Below, piece after piece: positions 39,687 through 51,871 of a stretch of DNA of 64,000 nt (position 1 is the first letter of the stretch; the number at the start of each line of letters is the position of its first letter). The notes under the pieces are model-generated. The model had not been told where the DNA came from. It saw nothing but the letters and a program-made list of their open reading frames with translations, and ran no database searches. This DNA comes from Phoronis australis (taxonomy: Eukaryota > Animalia > Phoronida): the NCBI GenBank assembly GCA_002633005.1, contig NMRA01000052.1:336613-400612 (forward strand), given 5' to 3'. A program made the translations under genes and the position numbers.

Positions 39687-41800
39687 GGATTACAATCCAT
39701 ATTCAAAGATTCAAGTTTTTTACATTACGTACCATTCCCTGGACTGTTAAAGCCGAAAAATTTCCAACATCATGATCTGATCTAAAATCACGTTCGATTA
39801 AACTTGACAAGCCTATTGCGTTGGTACACAATGCTGTGGTAGTGCGCGAGTCAGAGCTTAAAGTCACGCAAAGGAATCGGCAGGTGAAAGTTAAGTCTAA
39901 TTTCTGTGAAAGTCAACTGCTTTTCTCTGTTTGAATTATTTGGTGATAGTATTTCATAAAGAACACATCTATTTCACATTTGTTGAATGTCCTTTGGAAA
40001 TAGTAGTTGCTAGATTACATGATCTTATCAGATGAACATAGACAATGAGACAGATGGACAATGTTAACATTGGTTTGTCAACTTTCTCTCCTCTTGCTAT
40101 CACTGTCAAACTGATAACGACACGGCTGTAACCCCGAGTTCCCCATCAGCAAAATCGGGGAAACTCACCCCACAGCACGCGAGCGTAACGGATCAGCTGT
40201 AATACCAACTACAGTGAACTCCAACTTCTGCAGCAGGGGTGTACAGGTCAAGCAGACTGTTGAGGGTGGGTACATGTGCATTGTAATCTGAGAAATAGCA
40301 ATTAGAAAAGCGTTTTACAGAGTAACTGTAAACATTTACCTAAAACCAAAACAAGCGCATCGAACCAAGGACTAGTTTTAATAACTATGTAAAGAGTTGT
40401 TCTATATTGTTCTGACAGTAAATTAATGGCAACCACAAGTTTTAAGATAAGTAAGACTTAGTCTACTTACACTCCATATGACCGTCACAATAGCTAAGTA
40501 TCAAAAGATCCCTGTCCCGGGACTTAGATTGCTAACAGTGTAGAGCCCTGGTCGGGGCTAAGAGCATCAATGACTCAGCTAGAGGTCAATGGCATATATG
40601 TAGACTAATAATTCTTACTTATACCTTATAACAGCACAGTTATATATACAATTGTTTTAATGTTGCAACACATTTGCTGATAGACATTTTTATTTCACAG
40701 AATGCCTGAATACAAAAAACTACCAATTGTAATAGTCTGCCCAGTGTACCAAACTAGGCAGTTAACGGCAAAGTGAGCAGCTATAGGCACAACATTCAGT
40801 TAATTACAAACTTCACTTTAATTGCACAAGCAGGTGTTGTAATTTCCTATGCGCCTGAGGGTACTATGCAAGTCAATCCACGGACCCTGCACTTAACGCT
40901 CACTTAAGCATCTGAAAACTGGCTTTGATATTCAACATGATGGCAAGAAATGATGCCATACGGGCCACTGAACTAGTTCAAACTGTTTCTCGGAATGCAG
41001 TTATAATTCTTCTTGGTAAAGTAGCTCACTCATGTAGCAAGCCCTGATGACTAGAGCTGGAGATATTCAGGAAAAGGCTGAATGAATCAATACACAGTTA
41101 ATACTAGCGCTTGTGAGAACAATTCGGGTCTTTTTGCAGTCATTTTTCTTGTATGTCCTACATGGACCAGAGGCAAGGAATTGCTATATTGAGCATACTT
41201 GGAGAGGAACAAAAATGCAAGTTCTAATTTAAATAAAATCAGTTTGAGACAGTTTGAAGCACCACAAATCTCACCAGAATAAGCTCCAGTATGATGTTTA
41301 CTAGTACATAAAATGCAATTTAAATCTACCAAGTCTCAAGATTCTTCAAAATGCCTGTAAATTTATGAACAAATAAAAAGTTTGTAAACTGAAGTCTTTT
41401 ATAGACCATGTACAAATAATATAATTCAGTTTAAAAAAATGTTTATTTTTGAAACTTGAATAAAACCAAAATGCTGAAATGCTATGCTTACATTCAGCAA
41501 CTGAAAAATACCGATTTACTAAATCTAAACAGAAGTTACAACCGTAACACCAAACAATTCTCAAAGGTACTCTGCATTGCTTTCGAGCAGACAAAAAGCC
41601 ACTGAGAAGCACTGTTACTTTACAGGATTAAAACCTCGGTAATTTCAAGAAAGCGATGTTGGTACGTTTTGCAGAAAATTTTACCAGTATTGCATGAAAT
41701 TGCATCAATGAATATATTTAATGCTACTCATGAATTTCTTTAAATGTTTAATGTTTGGAGAAATACCCAAGTTTAGTTGATTAAGTGGCAAATCTCGATA

Positions 41801-42311
41801 GGCCTTTTCATACTAAAATCAGCGCATCAATGCTTTGGGGAGTAGTGGTCAGTATGGACAGTTAACTGTAGTCCTGGATCCAAGTTACCAACTAACAGCG
41901 CCACCTAACTTTGCAGTAAACAGGAGGATTTAACAGCAGAGCGTCGACGTTGCGGTGCGATATGAACGGTCAAATCCGGTCTCGTCGAAGTTATCGCCAG
42001 GGGTTACTGCTATCGTCAACAATTAAATGCTAACGTTTGCTAATGTTTTAGCTCGAATCATCACCAATCCAATTAAAACCAAGCTTTATAATAATTATCA
42101 TGTGTGAATGTTTTCAATTTGTCACATTAAAAAAATTTTAGCGTGCAGGCGATCCATCAGCCCTACCTTGCGATTACTTCGATGACGATAGCGTCACCTA
42201 CCGTTGACTTCAGTGTCGCTAACTACCAAAGCTGGTATAAACAGTTCAATTAACTTCGCAGTATACATCGACACTTTGCTCATAGTGGAGTTAACTTACC
42301 ATGAAAAAGCC
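41801..42311. mobile_element. Second copy of the GGCC-TIR MITE family
   Basis: GGCCTTTTCATAC...ATGAAAAAGCC; colinear similarity to 20086-20557. Confidence 0.65.
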
Positions 42312-45300
42312 AGCTCATATATGGGCTATTTTCAGACGTTTTGATTAATGACCCTTCTAGCAGTTTATATTTCGTGCATTAATCAATTCACATGAAATTT
42401 TGCAGACATATTTTATAGTCTAATGTTAAGGGATCAGTACCTCAGACTTTTTATTTTCCCTTGAACAGTTCTTGCAAAATGAATAATCGGCAATTTCGGA
42501 ACAAAAAACGTGCCGAGGTTTTACCGCAATCAGAGTCAGTAAGTCAATGAAACATTAAGTTCTTGTTTCACACACAAAACCATGTTTTACCACTGACCCG
42601 TTGTGAACCAGGAACATGGCATCCTGCTTAAGGAGCCAATCAATTCAATATTAAGAATTCCTCTCAGAGTTGGCAAATATGTGTCTAACATATGCTTCCC
42701 TTATCCACTTCTAACATATAACTACAGCCCTGTTATCCAGCACTCAGATGAGATGAACATTAAAACCACTACAGACCACTTAAAAAATTTTGCAGCAATT
42801 GTAACCCAAACGTTTCACTGCATTAGCTGATTGGCTCCAACGAATATCAAAGGAACCTTAGAAAAAGCTCGTACAGTTGTCAAGTTTCTTCAACTTAGCA
42901 TCCTGTACGCTTTTGCCAATCTGACAAAGGCAATGAACAGTGCAGATTGCAGGGGTCTGGGCAAGGTCACGCATCCAACATCAGGATCTACATGAAAATC
43001 CATAAAGCATTAAGAAACCAGACAGTCGAGAGGATTCTACATTCTTACAACGAGCCTATCACAGGGTATTTCAAGTACTGGATACAGCAGTACAGTTTTT
43101 GAAATGTCAACAGTAACTTAAAATGGCTACAAACGCGCAGTCTAGCAAAGCGAGAAACTTTTGATGTAGACCATTTACCAGTGATAAACCTGATCTTCTA
43201 ATCCTGACTCTGAAGATAAGTATTTCTGGTCTTGAAAAAATATCAGCTTATTATCGACTGAGACCATGCAGAGGACATAAGATGACCTGCTGTGACAGGC
43301 TTGGTCTCAAGCACTAAATAGCTCTTTCCAAGCCCAAAAAATTCCCTCCAATGGATGAGTGAGAAACTATTTGATACCAACTCCATAATTACGATAAATT
43401 TTTGTGACATAAGGTATGTTTGTAGCTGCTTTAAGACGATTTGGTAATCTTAGAAATATGACAGTGGAGCAAGAGAAATCGTATAGGCTTCAATCAAAAA
43501 CAGCAGTACCTTGAAGGAAAGTAGACTTTGCAAAGTTCTAACTGAGGATAGAGCCAGAAACACGAGAAACACTTCTGTGTAATCTGAATCCTTCTCTAGG
43601 AAATCATTCCCCAATAAAACACGTCATGTAACCACAACCTGAACTTAATCTAGAGGCGAGCAATAAACGCGACGAGACTCCTACCCAAGAAATAACAACT
43701 TGTGCACCTAAGGACAAAACTGTCCAAATTCTAAGAAACAAAGAATTGAAATCAAAGTACTTACGATCTTCTTAAACATTTTGGACGACATAACTTTACA
43801 AAACTGTTCCAATGCTAAGCATGTTCAGTAAACAGCGAGCAGAGTATTGCATTACACTGGCTAAGATGTGGATGCATCTACACTCACAAAATCAAGCTAA
43901 TTACAAAACCAAACATTTGGAGTCAGAGGCAACTCACTATGCATTTTTGAAAAGGTCAAAAACAGATGCTGGCTAGAAGCAGACGTCACTGCTGTATTTA
44001 ACGGGTGAAGTTATGTGCCAAACTCCATAAGTTTGTTCAAGATGACGAAAGCCTAGACACCCCAGGTTACAAATTCACGACCAAAAAGTGAATGACTTCA
44101 GGAATCTCTCCCATAATTTACAAGGAATAACGTGTCTCTTGTCTAATTAATTTAAAAAAAAACAGTCCCAACTGCAATATTTCTTAGGGAATTCATAGCA
44201 GTTTTAGGAAGTTAAGAGTGAAAACAATAAATATTCAATAAGTAGTCCATACACATGTCAATTTTTTTTCACCTTAATCATTTCTGAAAAAATACTCACC
44301 TTTTCGGGATATCTATTTGAAAATGTTTGCCAGCTTATCTAATTTGAAATCCAGCAGAAATAAAACCGCGACTTATCATCACAATGTGTTAATTGGTGAA
44401 CCAAACTTCACACTGGCATCCATAGGTGTTCAGGGATCTATGAATCAGTGGCTTCAAATGGCTGCAGAACCACTATGTTTTTGAAACTTACCAATAAAAA
44501 TTAAGACAGCCACCATCTTTAAACAAGTAATGAGAAGCAGGTAGCCTTCGTTCGACATACAACTCTTTGTTGTTGAGAGATCACAAAAGTGTCTCTCTAA
44601 TTATTGTGTGCAAGACCGACGAAACTTAACGCCAGGCACCTGTTTCTTGATGAGATTACTGGCTACTGCTTTTGACTTCATACAGAAGTCACAAATCGGC
44701 TACGAATTGGCAAAAGTTGATTTTTTTGCCTTGTGCATTCATCTAGATGTTTTTTCTTTATCAAGTCAAGCAGACTAGATTTCAGTCCTTTGACTTCTAG
44801 TTGTAGACAGATTTTCTGTAAACATTAGCCTGTTTTCATGAAACGGGCAACTAGCCATCCGTAGACTGATTTTTAGCCGAAAGTCAAAAGATAAAAGCCA
44901 ATACTCATCGAAAAACAGGCTCCTGAGTTGAGTGTAGAGGGAGTAACAACACTGCAACACTATTAGGCGGAACATGTAACCTTATATTTACAGTCAGCAA
45001 CAGTGAAAGTCAAAGGAAAGGTCAAAACACAATTAACTCTGTCAGATGTCACCAAGACAAGGAGAGAAGGCAACCGATTACCTCCTGTGTGAGAAACTCA
45101 CAACAAGCAACAGTGCCATATAAAAGCAAAAGCAATATTTCTTTCATTCACGGACATTTAGAGTCATTGGACATTTTCATGCATATCATTTCATGACCTC
45201 CACTGCATGACAGTAGCAATTTGACAGCATGAGGGTCACAAAAGTTTTCAAAAAACAGAGAAATCTCATTGCACTAAACAACCATACAAGACAGCAAAAC

Positions 45301-47244
45301 ACTGTCTACCAACTAGCCTATTGCCATCTAGTGACAAGGCGTATTTCCTTATGCCACCGCTATGTCAGAAAATGGCTATTGAAGTAGCATTGCAACTTTA
45401 CCCAATCAAATGCTCAAACTAGTTGTGCCAACAGATGGCAGCACACTACACAATCAAATAGTGAATGAGGGTGACTAATTACCCATGTAACATCATGGCT
45501 GATGGAAAGGCAACAAACAGGGGAAATTTAAGGTTGCAATTACGACCAGCACTCAGGAAATATAATGTACATGCCATGAATAATTCGCTTACAAGGAGGG
45601 CACGCATTTCTAAAGATATGCGGGAAATTTCACCGCTGCTACTTCAGCCTACAGATCCGAGCGGCTTCCACCAGGATCAAAGCGGGGGCTGCCCCAGAGT
45701 CACATGCAGTTGTGATGACCCCATTGTCCAGTGCAACCAAGACCCAAATAAGTGCAATTATCCAGCCATAAACTGTAGTAAACATCTCTGCCAGTACATA
45801 CTGGACAATTTTCAAAATACTTTTTCATTAAGAATAAACATTACAGCAGTATTCAGCTGAAAAAACAACATTGTATGGTTTTGATTTTTAAAAATCCATG
45901 AACTACAAACATTGATTACACAATAAAAATAAAGAGCCGTGCATTGATATACTTGGAGGATTGACAAATGCTGATAATAATTAAAAATAACACGCGGTTC
46001 ATACTTTTAGTATACGGCTAAACTACGACAAATAAAAAGACAAAGTGACTGAATAAGACGTCAATATCTTTTTTCCAGGTTTTATTGCCCAGTTGCGTCA
46101 AACTATTCTATTTGAGGAGTAACACGCAAACCGGAAAACTGTGATATTCGTTATTAGTCAGCTGGCAATGAAACACGTGTGGTGAAGACTAACTATGGCA
46201 AGCTTCAAAGTCATTGAGAAAATCCAAGCAATAGATGTGACTTCTAAGTTTCACTGACAATAAAAATCTGCCACTAACTTGGCAATTCAAACAATCAAAA
46301 AATCAAAAGACAGCAACCTGGCAAAAAAGCAAAGTAGACTGGAGTATTAAAGATAAAATGACAAAACAGTTTTGTAACGTATTTCAAACCAACAATCGTT
46401 TTGGAAAAAGCCCTAATTGCCAAGATGAATCCAAGTTTCCATTTTACTTAATATTTTGTAATATCAAACCTGTACATTCGACATTTCAGGCTGTAACTTT
46501 GTGCAAATGTCGGAGAAAACCAATTCCGATGTAAGCACCACCACAACTGTTGAGAAAGTAGTGCTAGCAATTACCTTCCCGCTTCATTAGCAAGAACACA
46601 AAGGGCGTGCTGAATAGGCGTTATAAAAGTTGTCTGAGGGCAAAGGGAATCTCAACGATGACCAGTGTAAGCGAGAAATTCTCCACATGAACGTCATATG
46701 AATTTAGCGTTTTAGACTGCAATAAAATCTATTTCCTGTCACGTTGATGGGATATAATCTTACAGTAAGTGATGATTCATAACTTTCGCAAAAGATTTAG
46801 GAAATACATTTTACAATAAAGTATAATCAGATACAAAATTAGTGTCTTAAAGATTTGAAAATTGTCCAAACACTTTGACAACTGACTAACGTTTCCAACG
46901 AAACAGAAAATGTAATAAGAATTGTTCTCAGATGTTGCATTGCAATAAAATCCACTTCCTGTCGTGTAATCATTAGAACAAGGAAGTGCTGATTAACGAG
47001 TTTCACAAAGACCTAGTAATTATCTTTTTAAAATGAAATATAATCAGATATCAGTTAGTCATCAAAGAGTAGAAGTTTGATGCATAACTACGAAAAATTA
47101 AATAAATTAGTCTAAGAAAGAAACTGTAACAAGCAGATTTTGGATTCTAATGAAATATATTCCCAGAGATGACGCTGTCTATTGTTTTCAGGGCTTTGCT
47201 CCACTATAGTATTGTACATTATATTTTTCGTAATCAACATATTA

Positions 47245-47790
47245 AACAAGAGACCATCGTCTGCAACGCATATAGCGCAGATACACGGGATGATTACTAC
47301 AATTTTAAACATTCCCACTACATGGAGCAATGCTAGTAAACATCTTTAGCCTCTAGGGGGTACATTGCAAGTCAGTTATCCTCTCCTGAATAGCAACACA
47401 CCTGCCAAGACCACTAAAACTTAAAACAGACGGGCACACTGGTAGTCAGATACATCCAAACGTAGTCATCTGTTGCTATGTTCATAGAAATACATTTGCC
47501 AAATTTCACAAAATATCCTGCAGGGAAAAACAGATACGGATGCAAAAAACATTCTGCCACAACGGGGTAACCACAGTAATCAAAACTGTCCATAAATTGT
47601 CAACCACAATCTACTCAGTAAGAACACATTCACCAATATTCTTAACAATTCTTAGACTGGCTTGGCCGATAGAGAGATCGACACCAAACGCAGACTAAAA
47701 CATAAAAAAACAGCCACTAGGAGGCGTACATTAGGTCAAATCCATATGAAAACGAAAGGGTGTCATGTGTTGCAGCAAGAAATACACTTA
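47245..47790 (+). repeat. Further copy of the same subrepeat family
   Basis: AACAAGAG start; TTTGCCAAATTTCACAAAATATCCTG and GCCACTAGGAGGCG blocks. Confidence 0.5.
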
Positions 47791-50700
47791 ATTTCGATTT
47801 TTAATTTCAATTTAGGCCTAGCATAAATTTGCATTTATCCAAAAAATGTTTAATATCATACATGTATATAACACTATGATGTGCAATGGGGCAAACCTGA
47901 TCCACGTTACCAATCAATACTTTTGTCTCTTAAAGTGACGTTATACCTGGAAATCCATGAACCGAGATTCCCTTTTTTCTCAAGAATCAATACTCTTAAA
48001 TAAGAGCTTTCTATTGACTAAAATATCAATAGCGTATTTGTTTTTATGTTGAAAAAGTTGATGTTCCTAGAATTTACAGTCAATAAGTCATACTTTAAAC
48101 AACAGTCTATGATTTCCAAAGAAGATAAACCACAAACATTATAATCAGACATGCAAGTTAAATATGGCAAAATCTTATGAAATTCAGATGAAAATAACTG
48201 CCATTTTTTATTTTCAAAGACTTTTAACAATGTACAGAATGTCACACTTTGTCAGTGACCCTATAGTATAAACCTTGGAAGTGATAAAGCATTTATTTGG
48301 CGCTAATAATCATTTACGCAAAAAGTGAAAAAGTCAAATTTCACTCGTCAGCCGTATTGTATCCTAAATTGGTGAGACTTTAACGAAAACCTTGAACTAA
48401 TCACAAATTCATTACCACTCCACATTGCATAATTGCTCGAGATGTTAATCCTAATTTCAATACATGTGGGCAATTACAATAATCAGGGTAGTTAGTGGTG
48501 CTTTTTTCAATAAATTGGTCGAGATGCATAGATTAGAATTTCATACTTTTCAGGCTCGCAAAAAACTTTAGACCGAAACAAGTAGGGTCTATCGTGACAA
48601 AATCGTGTTGCGAAAATATCGCAGCCAAGACCCACAGGGCGCAGCAGAAAAATGTATGATCTCCAATTTGAGATGCAATACTACCAGCAGAAATTAAAAC
48701 ACTTTCTCCACTTAACGACTGCAGGTCATCAAGAGTAGGTTCAATAAGTTATGCATCCTGCAAAGGCTGCATGAGCAGTGTGAACTTCGCCCTCGTCATA
48801 TAAGTCAAAGATTATCCTTTCAAGAACACAAAATTAAGTTTGGTCACAAAAATTGGAATGTAACAGACGACCTCCTGGTTAGAGTTCCGTAGACGCAAGA
48901 GTCTCGCTAAGGAAGCTTGTTTGAACACGTGTTTCGCTTGTCAATAATAAACCGCAATATCATGCGAATGTCTTGCGTGTTTTCGCGAGACTCACACTTC
49001 AACGGAGTGCATGCCTGATCAAGCAATTTACAGGAAACTCCCAGAGGGATGTCACTTTTAACTAAATAATGGCGTGCATTTCGTAAGGTTGAATGAAAAT
49101 TTCATGGACAGCTAAGGGAACGGGGCGGGATCACTGCAGTGAACCATCGTTTTATACAACACTGAAGTTATTCAATGTTGCCTGATATCTCAACAGTGTA
49201 ATTATTTATAATTATGTCAGACTTGAGACACGGAAGTATTATCAAGTTACTTGTTTGAGAAAACCTGACCTCTAGATTCTAGGTTTTACAAGTGGCACTA
49301 AATGTTGCACCAGTCCTTTAAAATAAACTGAAGATGCTTTTGTTTTAACAAAAAAAAATCCTAAAATAACACCAATTTCAGATTACTCAATATAACTTGA
49401 AATTTCCAACTCTGAAGTCTTAATAAACAAAAATTTATGAAAAAATGAAAAAATAACATTATACCTTCAACGGCAGAAAACAGGCCTCAAATTACGACAA
49501 AAATTCACTTTTTCATCTACCTGTGAAGCGATCATGGCACCAAAGCTTAGACTTTTCACTGAGCCAATCTGGACCTCCAAACTGTCCAGACGTGTTCGTC
49601 CCAGCGATGGGCGACAAAAATGTCCCTTTTGCCTCTTCCGACTCTTTAACGCACACCTGTGCATGTTACACCAGATGCCCCTCGTTATGACGACGACAAC
49701 GTCCACAGAAAAACTAATCAATCACTATCGCAGAGCAATGCAATTTGTACTTAAAATAATTAGAAACCTGATGAGTGCACTTTTATCAACAAGTAGTTGT
49801 TGCAGATACCCAATATTTGTTACTTCGTGTAACAAAACTGTCATCTCTGATTCATTACTCAAGTAGCAAAATCAGTTTCACAATCTCGTAATTAATTTTA
49901 CTCGCTGGTGGTGACATGAATCTGTCACTCGCGACACTGCCAAGTTCCAAAGAATTCTGCAATCCATCAATATTCCGCAAACAATTGGACGTTTTATGCA
50001 CAGATACAAGAAATGGGGTTTTCACGCATTTCTGATTGTGTGCTGTAACTGAGAACCGGTTCGTCAATATTTGAACGATTCCTTGATCTCCGAGCAAAAA
50101 TTAAATAGTAAACATTGAACCATCATTGATTCTCATTTCCGCTAGTTTGGTATCACCATGTGTATGATTCTCCTTACATCCGACTTTCACTGATGTGGAC
50201 GTAATTAGATAACGAAATAACATGCATCGAGTCAAGCATGTCAACGTCAACAACAAAGATTCATGTTTTAGAGAATAAGATATGGCGAAGCATATACAGT
50301 TCTCAAACAATGTTAAGAGTACAGAGAAAATTCTCAAGTTTGCGCCTGTCTCTAAAACTTGAAGAAAACGAAATTAAAGCTGAAATTGAATTTTCTCGAT
50401 TCTGAAGATTGGGACATGGGCAGTTTGGCATTCATCCTTTTAGTCTCAAATATAGGACACTGCATTTTGTTTCAACAGAGACTGAAAATAGAATTTGGCA
50501 GTTCATAAAATTGTTGAAAATGGCTGCTGTCACAACATTTTCATTCATCCTCGTAGTGTGTAACATCAAGTTAAATGATCGTTTTGTATTGAACTAAGTT
50601 TTTGAACATGTACAGCCAATATCATTTTGCCCACTTCTAAAATTTGGTAAAAAGCCGAGACCTTGACCTTGATAATAATTAGTTTTTTACTGGTCACACT

Positions 50701-51685
50701 GGAGAACTTTTACCACCATAGTTCAAAACACGATAACTACTGTTTGGACTTAATGTTCGCAAGAGTAGCGCAAGTGAACGATTTTGAAATTATGTCAAAT
50801 GTCAACACAATTATTCACGGTGTATTGGGTTTTTACAACGCAACACCATACTTTGTGTCATTTCACACAAAAATGCCAAACAAAATCGAAATTATGGGCA
50901 TTCTGAGTAAGCTTTTCGATCAAAAAATTCCTCAACTTGATGAAACCATTTAAAAAATAAATTTCTAAATTAAATCAAAATCCTATGCATATTTTTATCA
51001 AAGTCATTACAAATTTAAGAAATCAACAAAGCATGTTGGTGAACTGAGAGATGTGACTATTTATGCAGAACATTGAATTGAGCGATTCACCTCACTTTTC
51101 CTCAATCCACAACTACCAGTAGTCAGGCAAGACTATAATTGTAAACAGTTTTACCTGTTCACATGAAATGACTGATAAAAACACAAAGCAAAAACATTGG
51201 CTTGAGTAAATCATATATATACATACACACATACATACATACATCTGTCTCATTCTCAAACAGGATCACTCCAAAGACAATGAAAATAAATAGGTGTGTT
51301 CCATCCATTAACTACATTAAAGAAATAAGGATCCGATATCGGGTCCATATGATCTCATACGCAAAAGGTCTATGTTTGTTTTATTACACAATCACTGGTG
51401 TTTCATTCCTCCGTTTTTTTTTCGTCTCTTACTAGTTAAGCTTGGTCTTACCTGGTTTGTTATACTGACATCGTCTGCTGACTTCATGATCAGGGTTTAT
51501 GGTTTCTAGAGCGTCCGATTTGTCAAGCGCATACAGCGACATCTGTCGCTCAGGCACGCATGAATGAAAAGTGATAATCCACACTGAACTGGTCAATATT
51601 AGGATATAACGGAAGTCGTTGTACCAAATTTCAGCCAATCAGAGGACAGAAGTATAAGTGGTCAATATAATAATAATAATAAGCT

Positions 51686-51871
51686 TCAACGACAGCCTAC
51701 CTTGAAAGCACTGTCAATGGATGTCTCATCACTTTCCTGGCCTCGGTTGATATTGGCAAATGGTTGCGTGGCCTTTAAGGTGAGGGCGAGTGCTGAGCGA
51801 ATAGACTTGTAAGACGGCATATTCTCTTCAGGACCCCAGCCAGATGCGGGTCGTGTGAGGGATTTAAGACG
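51686..51871 (-). CDS. Gene B C-terminal exon
   Basis: [14 protein letters not shown] matches the typical SLC6 'RL..L..P...WGP' tail; ctccag| acceptor. It either reads to TGA at 51686 or splices at AAG|GTAGGC (51701); the end is uncertain. Confidence 0.8.
   Translation of the reverse strand, partial: RLKSLTRPASGWGPEENMPSYKSIRSALALTLKATQPFANINRGQESDETSIDSAFKVGCR

Noticed and set aside
43360-43650. Possible Gypsy protease remnant (minus strand VLLGNDFL) and TGGTATCA PBS-like word
   Set aside because: Too short, no D(T/S)G motif or LTR recognised, and the order is inconsistent.
45465-45860. Longest unexplained ORF (131 aa, +)
   Set aside because: No recognisable domain or exon context; length is compatible with chance.
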